DNA from: the human T2T-CHM13v2.0 reference genome, Homo sapiens | Reading direction: 5' to 3' (one strand) | NCBI RefSeq assembly: GCF_009914755.1 | Contig: NC_060928.1 | Length of the DNA stretch: 64,000 nucleotides | In this document: positions 40,841-54,239 of the stretch, piece by piece | Layout: each line of letters opens with the position of its first letter | Numbering within the stretch: the stretch's first letter is position 1 | The notes under the pieces: generated by a model | What the model was told of the DNA's origin: nothing | Seen by the model: only the letters and a program-made list of their open reading frames with translations | The model's database searches: none | Program-made: the position numbers and the translations under genes

Positions 40841-42806
40841 ATTATAATCACAGTATTATACTTTTGTTGTCACACAATTTCTAATATTATAGTTATTAAT
40901 ATAATATAAACACAACATAAATTTTAATATATAATCCTATAAATATAGGATCTATAACTTCTGACTTTCAAACTGTAAAACTTTCTGTACTTATTAACCT
41001 ATTCAGAAATCAAACCAAAAGCTTTTAATTTAATTTTAAAGTAATTCCATGATTCTGCATGACCAATTTTCCAGTCTCAATGCCAAATATTTCCAACATA
41101 CTTTCCAACTTTTTCTTGAATCTCCTTATAGTCTCTGTGCTCTTTTCTATTACCACGTTTATACCCATCACTCTGCTTCAGAAACAGATTAATTGCATCA
41201 TTTCTTCAACGAATATGTCTTATTTCATCTCTACCCTCTTCACACCAGATGTATGTCCTTCTCCTACCGTTGGTAGAAATGGCTTCAAATATTTTGCGTA
41301 ACTACTATTTAAATAATTTACAAACTGTATAATATTTTACTAAGTTTATGTAAGATTCTAAATCTTCTGTTGTCATTTCAACAATATTCACAGCATCTTC
41401 ACTAGGAGTAGCTTCCATTACAAAAAACTACTTTCTTTGCTCACACGTAAGAAGCAATCCTCATCCATTCAAGTTTTATCATAAAATTCAGCAAGTCAAT
41501 CACATCTTTGGCTTGACTTCTAATTCTAGTTCTCTTGCTATTTTCCCACTACCTGCAGTTACTTCCTCCACTGAAGCCTTGAAACAATCAAACTTATTCA
41601 TGAGAGTTGGAATCAACTTCTTACAAACTCCAAACTCCAGTTAATGTTGATATTTTGACCTCCTCCCATGAATTATGAGTGCTCTTGATGGCATGTAGAA
41701 TGGTGAATTATTTCCAGCAGGTTTTCAATTGACACCTGGATCCATTAGAGAAATCACTATCTATGGCAGCTGTAGCCTTATGAAATGTATTTCTTAAATA
41801 ATAAGACTTGAAATTCAAAGTATTACTTTATTCATGGGCTGCAGGATGGCTGTTGTGTTAGCAGTCATGAAAACAATAATCTTTTTGTACATCTTCACCA
41901 GAGCTCTTGGGTGACCAGGTGACTTGTCAGTCTTTTGAAAGGAATCTTTTTTTCTGGGCAGTAAGTCTCAAAAATGAGCTTTAAATATTCAATGAACTAT
42001 GCTGTAAACATACATGCTATTTTCTTGGCTTTGTTGCTCCATTTATAGAGCACAGACAGAATAAATTAAGCATAATTCTAAGGGCCCTAGGTTTTATGGA
42101 ATGATAAATGAGCATTGGCTTTAACTTAAAGCTATCAGTTGCATTAGCCCCTAATAAGAGAGTCAGCCTCTTTGAAGCCAGGTATTGACTTCTCCTTTCT
42201 AGCTATGAAAGTCCCAGATGACATTTCTTCCAACATAAGGCTGTTTTGTCTACACTGAAAATCTTTCATTTAGTGTAGCCACCTTCGTCCATGATCTTAG
42301 CTAGATGAATTTACTGCCATGCACTTTCTACAAAAATTCTTGCTTCACTTTGCACTTTTATGTTATGGAGACAGCTTCTTTCCTTAAACTTCATGAACCA
42401 ACCTCTGCTATCCTCAAACTTTTCTTCTGCTGCTTCATCACCTCTTTTAGCCCTTATAGAATTCATTGAAGAGAGGTAGGGCTTTGCTCTGGATTAGGCT
42501 TTGGCTTAAGGGAATGTTTTGACAGGTTTGATCTTCTATCCAGACCACATTCTCCATATTAGCAATAAGTTTGTTTTATTTTCTTATCATTCACATGTTC
42601 ACTGGTGTAGCCCTTTTAATTTCCTTCAATAACTTATCCTTTGCATTCTCAGCTTGGCTAAGCGGTGCAAGAAGCCTAGCTTTCAGCTGACGCCTTTCTC
42701 ACTAGGCTTTCTCACTAAGTGGCGCAGTCAGAACACACACATTTGTCAATTAAGCTAGCAGTTTTGTACAGGAATGCTTCATGGTGCCTCAGAACTATTA
42801 GAATAG

Positions 42807-43313
42807 TCTTAAATAAAAATTATAGAAGGCCATTGTTTTGGACTAAATTCCTGTACTAGGTCCAACAGACCAAACTAAAAATTAAAATGGAGTCACTCAT
42901 GCTAAAGTTCCATGTCATCAAACCTAAACTAAGTTGTTATCCGACCTTCCCACATATTAGGAGAGAGATATAACAGCTAATTTTCCCAAACTGACCAATA
43001 TGAAGTCTTCAACTGGCATGACAATGAAGTTTCCTCTGCTTTAATTCTTATGCACATAAAAAAGATATCCTGAGGTAACTCGATGTTAACTAATAATTTA
43101 TGTTCCTATTGTTCTGTCCAAAGTAACTAATACACTCTGTTCTTTGCTTCGGCTTTTTTAATCCCTTTTCTGTCTGTAAAGCCAACTTCTTCTGCTCAAC
43201 TCATTGGAAGACTTATTCTATTTTATAGAATGAAATGTTGCCTGATTCTAGAATTGCAAATAAAGCTGATTCATATCTTTAATCTAAATTTGTTGTAATT
43301 TTGACTTTCATCA
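42807..43313 (+). mobile_element. ERV1 solo LTR, LTR54/MER57 group
   Basis: 'taaataaaaattatagaaggccattgttttggact', 'aaaatggagtcactcatgctaaag', AATAAA near 43259; TSD atag/atgg; Tigger1 resumes after it. Confidence 0.8.
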
Positions 43314-43437
43314 ATGGTACCATCAAGGATTACTAATCACAGATCACCATAACAGATATAAAATTAATAAAAAAGTTTTGAAGTATTGTAAGAATGACCA
43401 AAAGGCAACACAAAGACACAAAGTGAGCACATTTATC

Positions 43438-43506
43438 GTGCAATGGATAAACCTCACCCTGGGAAAACCACCTTCCTGATCATGGTATCTCCCCTGCCAG
43501 TTAAGT
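43438..43506 (-). pseudogene. 3'-truncated U1 snRNA pseudogene (about U1 nt 3-71)
   Basis: Reverse complement acttaactggcaggggagataccatgatcaggaaggtggttttcccagggtgaggtttatccattgcac matches the U1 5' end with 4 substitutions; degenerate TSD gagcacattt/gtgcatattt. Confidence 0.95.
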
Positions 43507-44246
43507 GAAGTGCATATTTTTGGCAATACGGCACTGGCAGAACTGTTCAATGCAGGGTTGCCATAAACCTCCAACTTGCAAAAAATACAATATCTGCAAA
43601 ATGCAATAAAATGGCATATAAAAATATGTATGTTTATATGTATATGTGTATATATATGTTTACACATTAATATATGTATATATACACATACATTCTTTTA
43701 ATTTCATGTAATTATGAGTCAAGTGCTAAAATAATCTATTTTCTGGATTAAATTGTAATAATTATTAGTTCTGGATTAAATTGTAAAATTAAAATAATTT
43801 AGTCAAATATGCACTTATAGCCTGTCTAACCAATTATTAAATATGAACAAACGTTTTTCAAAATGCATCTTAGTTAAAAGAATAAGCCTTTGAAAATTTT
43901 GTTTATGCATCTCTGAGTAAATATTACTCATTAGTTGGATAAGAAATTTGGCATTATTTCTATTCTTACTTTTTAACTTTATTACCATAACACCTGAGAA
44001 AATTTCTTCATGTAAATAAGTAAAAGAGAAAAGAAAACGTTGGGATGTAGCAATGCCCCTCATTATTGAAACCCCTACTGATTTAAAAGTTAAAATCATA
44101 CTGTACTCTGTCATCAGAAATAGACTCTACATTTTGTTAGTTAATAATTTAATCAGGTTTTATCTCAAATTTGTCCTAAGCAAAGAGTTGGAAACCACTC
44201 TTCTTACACACAAGTTTGTTTCCTAGTAATTATCACATAGATTTTC

Positions 44247-44721
44247 TTTTTTTTTTTTTTGTCAGGAGTTTAATTCAGAAAAAGCATGATATAAAAGATG
44301 AAGTCAAGATGAGCAGCAGTTATTTAACCACATTAGAACCCAGGCCTGTAGTTTCTTTTGCTAGAGACATTTACATAAGCAGACATCATCTTTAATCTTT
44401 GTTTATATTGTCACAGTCTTGTTTTTAGTCCTTTTGCCTCTTAAAACTAAGCTGTCATTATTACTTGGACATTTTTACTGGCTTATTCATTCCAGTTGGG
44501 ATTTCCTTCCAACCTTGCCTGGGAAATCCAGTTACTAATGCAACTACAGATAACGGTAAGCTCAACTTCCACTACAGTAGCCATTTCTGTTTATCAATTT
44601 CTAATTTGTGAAATACAGAGCTGACGACTGGAGATACATAAATGAAGGAGTCTCTTACTACCTGATGCAGAGAACTGTGCTCACCTGCATTGGTAGGAGT
44701 TTTAATTTCACCATTTTCACT
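44247..44721 (-). other. Polyadenylated non-repeat retroposed segment (candidate L1 3' transduction)
   Basis: T14 at 44247-44260 directly after the TSD; minus-strand ATTAAA at 44269-44274; ~460 bp with no recognisable repeat, fused to L1 at 44722. Confidence 0.75.
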
Positions 44722-45670
44722 AGAAAATTTTCGCAACCTACTCATCTGTCAAAGGGCTAATATCCAGAATCTACAATGAACTCAAACAAATTTATAAGAA
44801 AAAAACAAACAAGTCCATCAAAAAGTGGGTGAAGGACATGAACAGACACTTCTCAAAAGAAGACATTTATGCAGCCAAAAAACACATGAAAAAATGCTCA
44901 CCATCACTGGCCATCAGAGAAATGCAAATCAAAACCACAGTGAGATATCATCTCACACCAGTTAGAATGGCAATCATTAAAAAGTCAGGAAACAACAGGT
45001 GCTGGAGAGGATGTGGAGAAATAGGAACACTTTTACACTGTTGGTGGGACTGTAAACTAGTTCAACCATTGTGGAAGTCAGTGTGGCGATTCCTCAGGGA
45101 TCTAGAACTAGAAATACCATTTGACCCAGCCATCCCATTACTGGGTATATACCCAAAGGACTATAAATCATGCTGCTATAAAGACACATGCACACTTATG
45201 TTTATTGTGGCACTATTCACAATAGCAAAGACTTAGAACCAACCCAAATGTCCAACAACGATAGACTGGATTAAGGAAATGTGGCACATATACACCATGG
45301 AATACTATGCAGCCATAAAAAAGGATGAGTTCATGTCCTTTGTAGGGACATGGATGAAATTGGAAATCATCATTCTCAGTAAACTATCGCAAGGACAAAA
45401 AACCAAGCACCGCATGTTCTCACTCATAGGTGGGAATTGAACAATGAGAACACATGGACACAGGAAGGGGAACATCACACCCTGGGGACTGTTGTGGGGT
45501 GGGGGGAGGGGGGAGGGATAGCATTAGGAGATATACCTAATGCTAAATGATGAGTTAATGGGTGCAGCACACCAGCATGGCACATGTATACATATGTAAC
45601 TAACCTGAACATTGTGCACATGTACCCTAAAAGTTAAAGTATAATAATAATAAAATAAAATTAAAAAAAA
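44722..45670 (+). mobile_element. L1PA3-like 3' fragment (ORF2 C-terminus, 3' UTR, A tail)
   Basis: ORF 44829-45236 is the ORF2p C-terminus with the cysteine-rich motif [18 protein letters not shown]; canonical 3' UTR; shares a 19-bp TSD with the segment to its left. Confidence 0.97.
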
Positions 45671-46475
45671 TTATCACATAGTTTTTCAATACTAATGTCA
45701 GTGTGTTATGATGTTTTGTTTAGTTGACTGGTGTGCTAGTACCTATTACATAGATAGCAATGCCTAGACTAAGAATTAATAAGAAGTGTCTTTCTTTAGA
45801 AAATGAGTTAAAGGGTGACCTTTCAAGCAGATTAATTTTAAGAAAAGTATAAGAGAAATTGAAGCTCTGATATTAATAGCTTAATATTTTCTATATTTAT
45901 ACGTCCCAGAAAGTTTTTGAAATCCCCAGAAGTATGTAAACCCCATTCTGAAAACTCCTGTTGTCTTGCACTTGATAGAGTCTGAAAATCAGGCTTTCAT
46001 TTTAAGCTGCTTGTGATACCCACTGTTGTTTTACAAATATTTGTTTAAAATCCTTAGGTAAGGTAAGTCACTTGAGTAACGGTTGGTTTATGTTATGTAC
46101 TTTATGATGCTCAGCCACAACTTTCAGTGCAAAATAGAATCACAAATATGCACTTGCTTAATCATCACTTTTAAAAGCATGAGTGGAAAGGGTGAAAAAA
46201 CACCCCCAAAAACACAAGGAAATAGAACGATGTAGACATTTTTAAATAGTAATACCAAAACATTTTATATTCCAACTTTAAAGCATTATAATTTATTTTG
46301 AAGAAAACTATAAATTAGATTACAACACGTTTCTGAATATAAAGTTAGACTGCAAATTAGTGGGAGTCCTTACATTTAAATTCAATTTGTAACACAGTCA
46401 CATCCCCATGCATGCACTTGCTGCTTCCCCATGGGTATATATGTACATCCTGAAAACGATATTTTTGTTTACACT

Positions 46476-46476
<1 letters not shown>

Positions 46477-46506
<30 letters not shown>

Positions 46507-46530
46507 GTATATATATATGTGTATATATAT
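46477..46530. repeat. (TA)n-rich microsatellite
   Basis: Direct reading; TA tracts interrupted by TG. Confidence 0.9.
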
Positions 46531-46729
46531 AATTTAAAGAGCTTTATTTTGTTTTCCCAGTTGGATATTCCTTGAGGGCTAGTGTCACAACTTTTTACAA
46601 AATAAGCTACATGTAGTTTTGAAAAGAGCAAACACTTATGAATGTTTTTTCATTAAAAATACCTACAAGAAAGAAGAAACAGAAATTTGGAAAAAAAACA
46701 CTATCAATCTAACACTTCAGAGATCACTA

Positions 46730-47087
46730 CATATTGAGCATCCTTAATCTGAAATCTAAAATCCCAAATGCTCCATCCCAAATTCAAAACTTTTTGAACA
46801 CTGACAGAACACCACAAGTGAAAAATTCCACAGCTGGCCTCTCGTGACAGGTCACAGTCAAAATACAGTCAAAATTTTGTTTCATGTACAAAATTATTTA
46901 AAATATTGTATAAAATTACCTTTAGGCTATATGTGTAAGGTATGTATGAAACCTAAATAAATTTCATGTTTAGCTTTGCATCTCAGTGTTAAGATATCTC
47001 ATTATTTATATATAAACATTTCCAAAAATATACACAATCTGAAACTCTTCTGGTCCCAAGCATTTTAGATAAGGGATGATCAATCTG
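46730..47087. mobile_element. Tigger4b/MER46-type DNA transposon
   Basis: TIR-like ends 'ttgagcatccttaatctgaaat' and 'attttagataagggatgatcaa'; internal 'gtgaaaaattccacagctg', 'cttctggtcccaagcatttt'. Confidence 0.8.
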
Positions 47088-47822
47088 TCCAAGGTTTTTT
47101 CCGTAGTTTTTGTCATTTTTATATTATCTTACTAAGTGTGTTACATTTCAACATCTACCTGTAAATAGATTCCATATTCTTATACATTCACTTGATTTAT
47201 TTTGATTTTAATTCATTTTAATTTTGATTTTTATTCATACGGTCAGGATAATCTTTATTCTCCTAAACTATACATTGTATTTTACAACATAAATGTGCTT
47301 ATCAAGACTTAACCCCTTTGTTGATACTTAGCTAGGCAAGAGTTTCATCTTTATAGGTAAATCCATTTCTCCACATTCTTAATAATTTCATTTGATTTCT
47401 AATTTTTCTAACTGCTTATAATTTACAATTCTAGTACTATACAGAATTTAGTTGAATATTCTGAATAATTTTAGAAAAAAATCATTCTGTGAATATTATT
47501 GCAGAATGCATTAATCTTTTTCATAGCCGATAAATTTCCTTATATCCCCATATTACTGGCTTTATGTTTCAATGTGTAATATAAACTAAACTATTTACAC
47601 ATTCTCCATAAAGCTTAGAAATAAACAACACAAAAGTAAGAACATAATGTGTAGCTGATCTGTTATATAGGAATAGTTGACCTTAACAATGTATAATACC
47701 TTAGAATTTAAAGAAGATATTGTGCTATAAAATTGAGAAAATATATATGGTATTTACAAATATGACCACATTTCATACTATAGGAAGAAAGAAAAAAAAT
47801 CACCTAAAATAATTACTATATC

Positions 47823-50800
47823 ACTTCTGGTTTCAGCTTCATGTAAAAAAAAAGTGAGTACCCTTTTCCTTACAACAAGAAATGGGACAAACTAAAAGTT
47901 ACCAGCTTTTCCTAAACCCATAAGAGAACTCAGGTGGCAGAACTGTCCAGTCTGAAATTTGGAGCTACAGGATCATCCAGTGAGCCTTAGCTAAGATCTG
48001 CCTATCTGGAGCAGATGCTGCTGAAATCATAACTGGTAGGAATATTTAAATGGTATGTTTATTGCGGCACTATTCACAATAGCAAAGACTTGGAACCAAG
48101 CCAAATGTCCAACAATGATAGACTGGATTAAGAAAATGTGGCACATATACACCATGGAATACTATGTAGCCATAAAAAATGATGAGTTCATGTCCTTTGT
48201 AGGGGCATGGATGAAGCTGGAAACCATCATTCTCAGCAAACTATTGCAAGGACAAAAAACCAAACACCGCATGTTCTCACTCATAGGTGGGAATTGAACA
48301 ATGAGAACACATGGACACAGGAAGGGGAACATCACACACTGGGGCCTGTTGTGGGGTGGGGGTACAGGGGAGGGATAGCATTAGGAGATATACCTAATGT
48401 TAAATGACGAGTTAATTGGTGCAGCACACCAACATGGCACATGTGTACATATGTAACTAACCCGCACGATGTGCACATGTACCCTAAAACTTAAAGTATA
48501 AAAAAATGGTAATTTTGATGAACAGCTGTAGGATGAATGTATATTCGTGTTAAAATAAAAAAAAAAGTAACGCCTGAGGACAGCAGTCTCAGAGTTGTCT
48601 CCATATGCTTGTGGGGCTTTACCTCCAGAAAAAACACCAGAGGCTCATAAGGAAGATCCTATATATTCTTCTCTATATCTCCAGAAGGAAGAGGGTGAGA
48701 GTAATCATTGTGAAATATATCCGAGCCTTCTCCACAGCAAACATAGTCTTCTGGAGGAGAAAACTTTGGCAGTTTAGGCATTGAGGGTTATCTCAATTGG
48801 AAGAAGTTGAATTATACTACTTCAGCCCCTTCTATTCTTCCTGTCTCATGAAGGCCTAAACCTCACAAGTCTAGGCTTGAAAGTGAAGGACAGAGGATAC
48901 TGCAGCCAGGGAACGAATTTGGAGGAAGGAGAGCTAAGCTATTTCATAGGGGGCAGAAACACTTTGAAGGTCACAGCCCCAAGACATAAGACCATTAAAA
49001 GACTGAGATGTGATCAGAAAATTACAGAACACTTCTCCTTTCCCACAGTTTACAACGATATAGTAGGGCTCCAGTGTAAAAGTAGTGGATTATAGCTGAA
49101 AAGAAGTAAGATACAGCCTCTCTTAGAAAAAAAGTACTTAGGGAAGTTCAAAGTCAAGAAGGAGGACAAAAACAAGGCCATTGGGAGAATGAAAGACTTC
49201 TGGAACTGACAGCTACCACAAATATTAAACACAGCCCAACGCTTAGCACACTACAGGCCTGTTTGCTTCAGCACTTATCACCAAAACATCATATCTTACT
49301 TTCAACAAAAATGTTACCAAGTTGGAAGGCATGACAAAAGCAAGAGAGAACATAGTCTGAAGAGCAAAACAAGCATCTGAACCAGATTCAGATATGACAC
49401 TCATGTTAGAATTATCAGTAGAGAATTTAAAATAACTATTATGAATATGTTAAATGATTTAGTAGAAAAAATAATTCAATATGCATGAGTGAATGAGCAA
49501 TGTAAGTAGAAAGGTGAAATTCTAAAGAAAAATGGTAAGAAAATGCTGGAAATTTAAAACACTGTAATAGAAATGAAGAATACCTTTGAGGGCTTATCAA
49601 TAAACTCAACATAGCTGAGAAAAGAAAGAATTTAATTTAAAATAATCGAATAAAAATTTCCTCCCCAAATAAATGTAAAAGAGAGAAAAAAACAAATAAC
49701 AACAAAAAAACAGTGTATCTAAGAACTGTAGTCCAATAAAAGGTATAATATATCATCACTGTAATACCAGAAGGAAAAGCAAAGAACAATCTGGAGGAAA
49801 TATTTGAAGTAATAATGGCCGAGACCATTTTAAAATTAATGACAAACACCAAACAACAAATTCAGTAAGCTCAGAGAACACCATGCAGGATAAATATAAG
49901 AAACAAAGAAACATAAATGCCACACCAAGGATATATTGTTTTCAAAACTTAGAAAACAAGAAACAAAGAGAAAATTTTGAAAGACAGGGGAGGTAAGGGA
50001 TGGTAGGCATGTCACCTACAGAACAGAAATAGGAATTACAGGGAATTTCTTGCTATAAGTCACGCAAAGCAATGAGAGAGTGGAATGAATTATTTATCAC
50101 ATTAAAAGAAAAAAACCCCAACAATTTATAATTGTATATCCAGTGAAATTATTCTTCAAAACAGAAGGATAAAGCCTTTCTCAAGGAAAAAATGAATAAA
50201 TTCATTACCAGTAATCTTTCCCTGAAGGAGATGATAAGTTTTTTAGACATAAGGAAAATTATGTAGGTCAGAAACTCAGGTACATAGAGAAAGGAAGAAC
50301 TTTGGAAATGAATTAAATGAAATAAAATCCTTTATTTTTCTTATTCCTGAACTAAACAAACACTAGCTGTTTAGTTGACCTAAAACAACTAGTGTTTGTT
50401 TACAACATTAATAAGTAAGAATGTACAAATAACTACTGTTTGTTTAAGGCATTAATAATAAGAATGTACTAAGTAATGATAGCATATGGATAAGTGAAAT
50501 GAATGACAGTAATGTCACAAAAGATAGTGGGGAGGAATTGGTAATATTCTATCACATGGTATCTGCAGTACATGGGAAGTGGTATAATATCACTTAAGGG
50601 TGGACTTAGATTATTTAAAATGTAAATTATAACTGTAGGGCAACAGCTAAAAAAAGGGAAATAAAAATATAATGTTAAGAGAAGAAATGAAATGGAATCA
50701 TATAAAATGTGAAATTAAAACCCCAGAGGGCAGAAAAAGAGAGAAAAGAAACAAAAGCAAACGCAATGAATATGTATCAGTTACAAACACTATAAATGTG

Positions 50801-51100
50801 AATGGTCTAAATATGCCAATTAAAAGACAGAGATTGTTATAGCACATACAAATTATGAACCAATTCTATATTGTCTACGAGAAATCCACTTTAAATATAA
50901 AGACACAGATGGGTTAAAAGTAAAGGAATATAGAAAGAAATGCCATGTTAACATGAATTTTAAAACTGCTGAAGTACCTAGAGTAATATCAAAATTATGT
51001 TAGTAATATGTTAACAATAGATGTTAAATGTGGATCTGTAGTATCTTCAGAATTTTTCTATAAATCTAAGGCTACTCTTAAACGAAATAGTTATTTTGAG
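47823..51100 (+). mobile_element. Old L1MC/MD: 5' UTR, ORF1 and start of ORF2, joined to a short 3' end
   Basis: Starts 'acttctggtttcagct'; ORF1-like 'aaatatttgaagtaataatggccgag'; ORF2 start 'aaatgtgaatggtctaaatatgccaattaaaagacagagattg'; 3'-end-like 'tttctataaatctaaggctactcttaaa'. Confidence 0.75.
48054..48506 (+). mobile_element. 5'-truncated L1PA3/4 inserted in the older L1
   Basis: ORF2p end '[23 protein letters not shown]'; 3' UTR; TSD aaatggta at 48048-48055 and 48504-48511. Confidence 0.96.
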
Positions 51101-51298
51101 AAAAATAACTTCATCGGAATCATGTTCTTAAGCAGTAAGGGCAGTATAATGCAATGTTGAAAGAAATAATATCCACATATTTATTGATACATGGAAATAA
51201 AACTATAAAGAATATTCTTAAAATAATTAGGCATAGTTTACTTTAGAGGCCATTCTATAATATGTATACTTTAAATGTTTAATTTCATCCTCTGGATC

Positions 51299-51550
51299 TT
51301 CTTAGGTCTTGGTTCCCTAGAATCAGGGACAGAAGAAGAAGTTCCTGTATGAATTATTTATTAAGGAAGTGCTATCATGCAAGGAGGTAATAGAAGCAAA
51401 ACCAAATAGAAAAGGAAGTTGAACAAAGAGGTGTGGCTCAGCCTGATTTTACAGGTATACCTGTAGTTTGAATGGCTCTTCACGATTGTTATGTCTCCAT
51501 ACAAAGGGTCTGGCTTTTATATTCCCACATTAGTCATGGGCCTCAGTCCT
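51299..51550 (-). mobile_element. Ancient ERVL LTR fragment (LTR40-like)
   Basis: 'cttaggtcttggttccctagaatcag..tatttattaaggaagtgct' resembles the antisense LTR end. Confidence 0.4.
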
Positions 51551-54239
51551 CACTACCCCCAGGATGTGCACATTAGGACACCAGGAAAATCACTTATATG
51601 GGTATGTGTTGCTTTTGTTGGCAGAAAGCCATGATAAATAGTTTCATGTAGGCTGTTTAAATCATTTGTTGAAAGTTATAAATTAGATAAATTAATTTTT
51701 TAAAACTGTCTTTTCTTTTGCTAATAGCCCACAGTGTTTTTCTATAATTTCTATGTCCTCAGATAACATGGAAGGCTCACACTATTTCTTGTTTGTGTAA
51801 ATGTTTTTCCAAAGCAGACTGCATAGTGTACCTAGATATTACTTTTTCTTTATTACTCTCTAGTGTCTTTAAACATCTTAAAGATAGGTCCAGAGTCTAC
51901 AAAATAGGAAATTAACTGGTAGCCTGACTCCAGTGGAATTATAAATCCTCAGTGCAAACATTTCTCTTTTTTACAACTTTGTTAATGATCTGATTTTACT
52001 CCATATTTTCAAAGCTAAATCACTACTGTTCAATTAATTTAAGGCTTTTAAAATGCAAACGTATAGTTGTAAGAGAACAGCTGCACTAAAGTGTTATTTG
52101 CTTAATCTGCAAGGCTATTGTTTCAGAGACACCAAGCATTCAAACGAAACATACTTCACTAGGAATTATCAGGAGTAAAATGAAGTGATGTTTTTCTCTA
52201 CAAAATACAAAATAGAGTTTAAGTGTGATGCTGTAAATTGAAGTATAATGTAATCAATTCATGAAGTACACATAGCTGCCTTACATATTTTGTGTCAATT
52301 GATGGATTTGTGTTAGAATGTAGTACTGTTTACATGATAGTACACAATGATTGGTTATCTAGATTAAATCATGGGTATAGTAAATCTAAATTAATTATTA
52401 CCTGAATCATAGTCATAAATTTCATTTTATTAGAAATAAACAGGTTTTTAATTAATGCTTTACTCATAGCTCCCTTAAGAATAAATATGGAATGAATGGA
52501 CTGTTTAAATGCATCTATATATATATACATGTTTATACTTAGCAGTTGAACACACATATATCTCTAGATACATATAATCATAAGTTCAATATCTTCCATC
52601 CTTTTAATCAGTTTTCCAAAGACAAGGATATAGAAACTATTAAAGTGAAGAAAATATCTATCAAAGATTAGGGAAGCATTACATGAAGAAAATTATTTTT
52701 TGTTTATCTCCTGGAAATAATACATTTAGAGCCAAGTTAATTTATTTTATTATTGTATCACACACAAATATAAGCCAAGTTTAATTTAAGAAAGCTAAAC
52801 ATCATATTCCTGTACCTATATATTTTTAATGCTGTTCATATTTTACATATCTTTTTATGAAGAATTGATACTTGTCCACAATTCTTTAATTATTAACTTA
52901 TGAGCTTAAGAATCTTCAAAAGGTAAACTAGTTATCTGCAAAGAACTATTCTGTCTTTAATCAAAGATATATCAAGTCTCTTTGATCTGATTAACAATAG
53001 TTTGGGGAAAAAAAAGAAGTAAACCTGCTTCTGGTCGGTTGATTAAAGACACTTTCTCTATGTTCTATCATTTCAGAGATAAAAATTCTATTTAATTAGT
53101 GATAGATTTCAACTTAAATTGCCCAAAATTCTTCAACTGAATTAGACAATAGACTAGAGAATTTTCACATACATTTACATTTGCATTAGTTAAACATTGT
53201 ATTTCTCTTGTGAAAACAATATGTTTAGTTATTCAATAAAGCAATTTTAAGTCCTAATACATTTAAAAGTAATTGTTATAGTTAATCAACATACACTCAA
53301 ATGACTGAAGAAGAAAGAATTTAAGAGAGAAAAGATGGTATATTGGCATAATGAACCAGGTATCTTTTGAATCACGTCTAAGTAACGATTTTTCAATTAA
53401 TGATAATTGTTTTAAGATATTAAGCTGTTGGTGTAAATATGTGACTATATGCAATAATACTACCTCTATGTAAACTATATGACATATTATAAATTATACA
53501 GCAAATGAATATTTTGTTATGTTCTATTTCTATGTATTTATAGCAGCCATTATGGCATAGGATATAATAGAATAATTTTTTAAAATGAGTCCAGAATTTA
53601 CCAAAATGTTGACTGATTACCGAAGAAAACTGTGTCCAAATTATTGAGATTTAATCATCTTAAAAGTAGGTTCAGAGTCTACAAGATTGTGTTTCTTTAT
53701 GAAGTTTTAATTACTTTGATGTGATTCATATGTAATATTTTCCTTTAAGTTTTAAATAATCTGAAAAGGTGGGATTGAGAGGATTAAGTTTACTTCCAGA
53801 GTAGTATATGCACTTTTTTGGTTTGAAAAACTCTGAATTAATATAACTTGCTTAGTCTAAGAGGAACACCATGGTAGAACCAAGATGAGAGTGCAGTGCC
53901 TTACATTCTCAGTGTTATTCTCATTCTATAGCACTGAACTAGCAGGAGCAAATTTCTTCATTTATTAGTCTACATTACCATACACATAAATATAAACATA
54001 TAAAACATTGTGTAAGTAATTTTTAAAAATCTCTTTCTCCATCCCTACTTTTCACTCTCTCTCTCTCTCTCTCTCACACACACTCACACACACACACTCT
54101 GTCATGTCAGAATAATGGAAGTAAAATTATTAGGGAAAACCTTAATATGTGACTATTAACCCATCATGCTGGTCAAGGGGTCAAGGCTCCACACAGTATG
54201 CACTTTCAAATGAGAGTTATTCTTTTCACTATTACAGGT

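Larger units (their letters stand above)
41340..43635 (-). mobile_element. Tigger1 DNA transposon (partial, internally deleted) hosting an LTR and a U1 pseudogene
   Basis: Antisense Tigger1: 'cctgcagttacttcctccactgaag', 'ggattaggctttggcttaagggaatg', 'cacagatcaccataacagatata', 'gcagggttgccataaacct'. Confidence 0.92.

Noticed and set aside
44829-45236. 135-aa ORF with a cysteine-rich motif
   Set aside because: L1 ORF2p C-terminal fragment in a 5'-truncated copy with a premature stop; not a gene.
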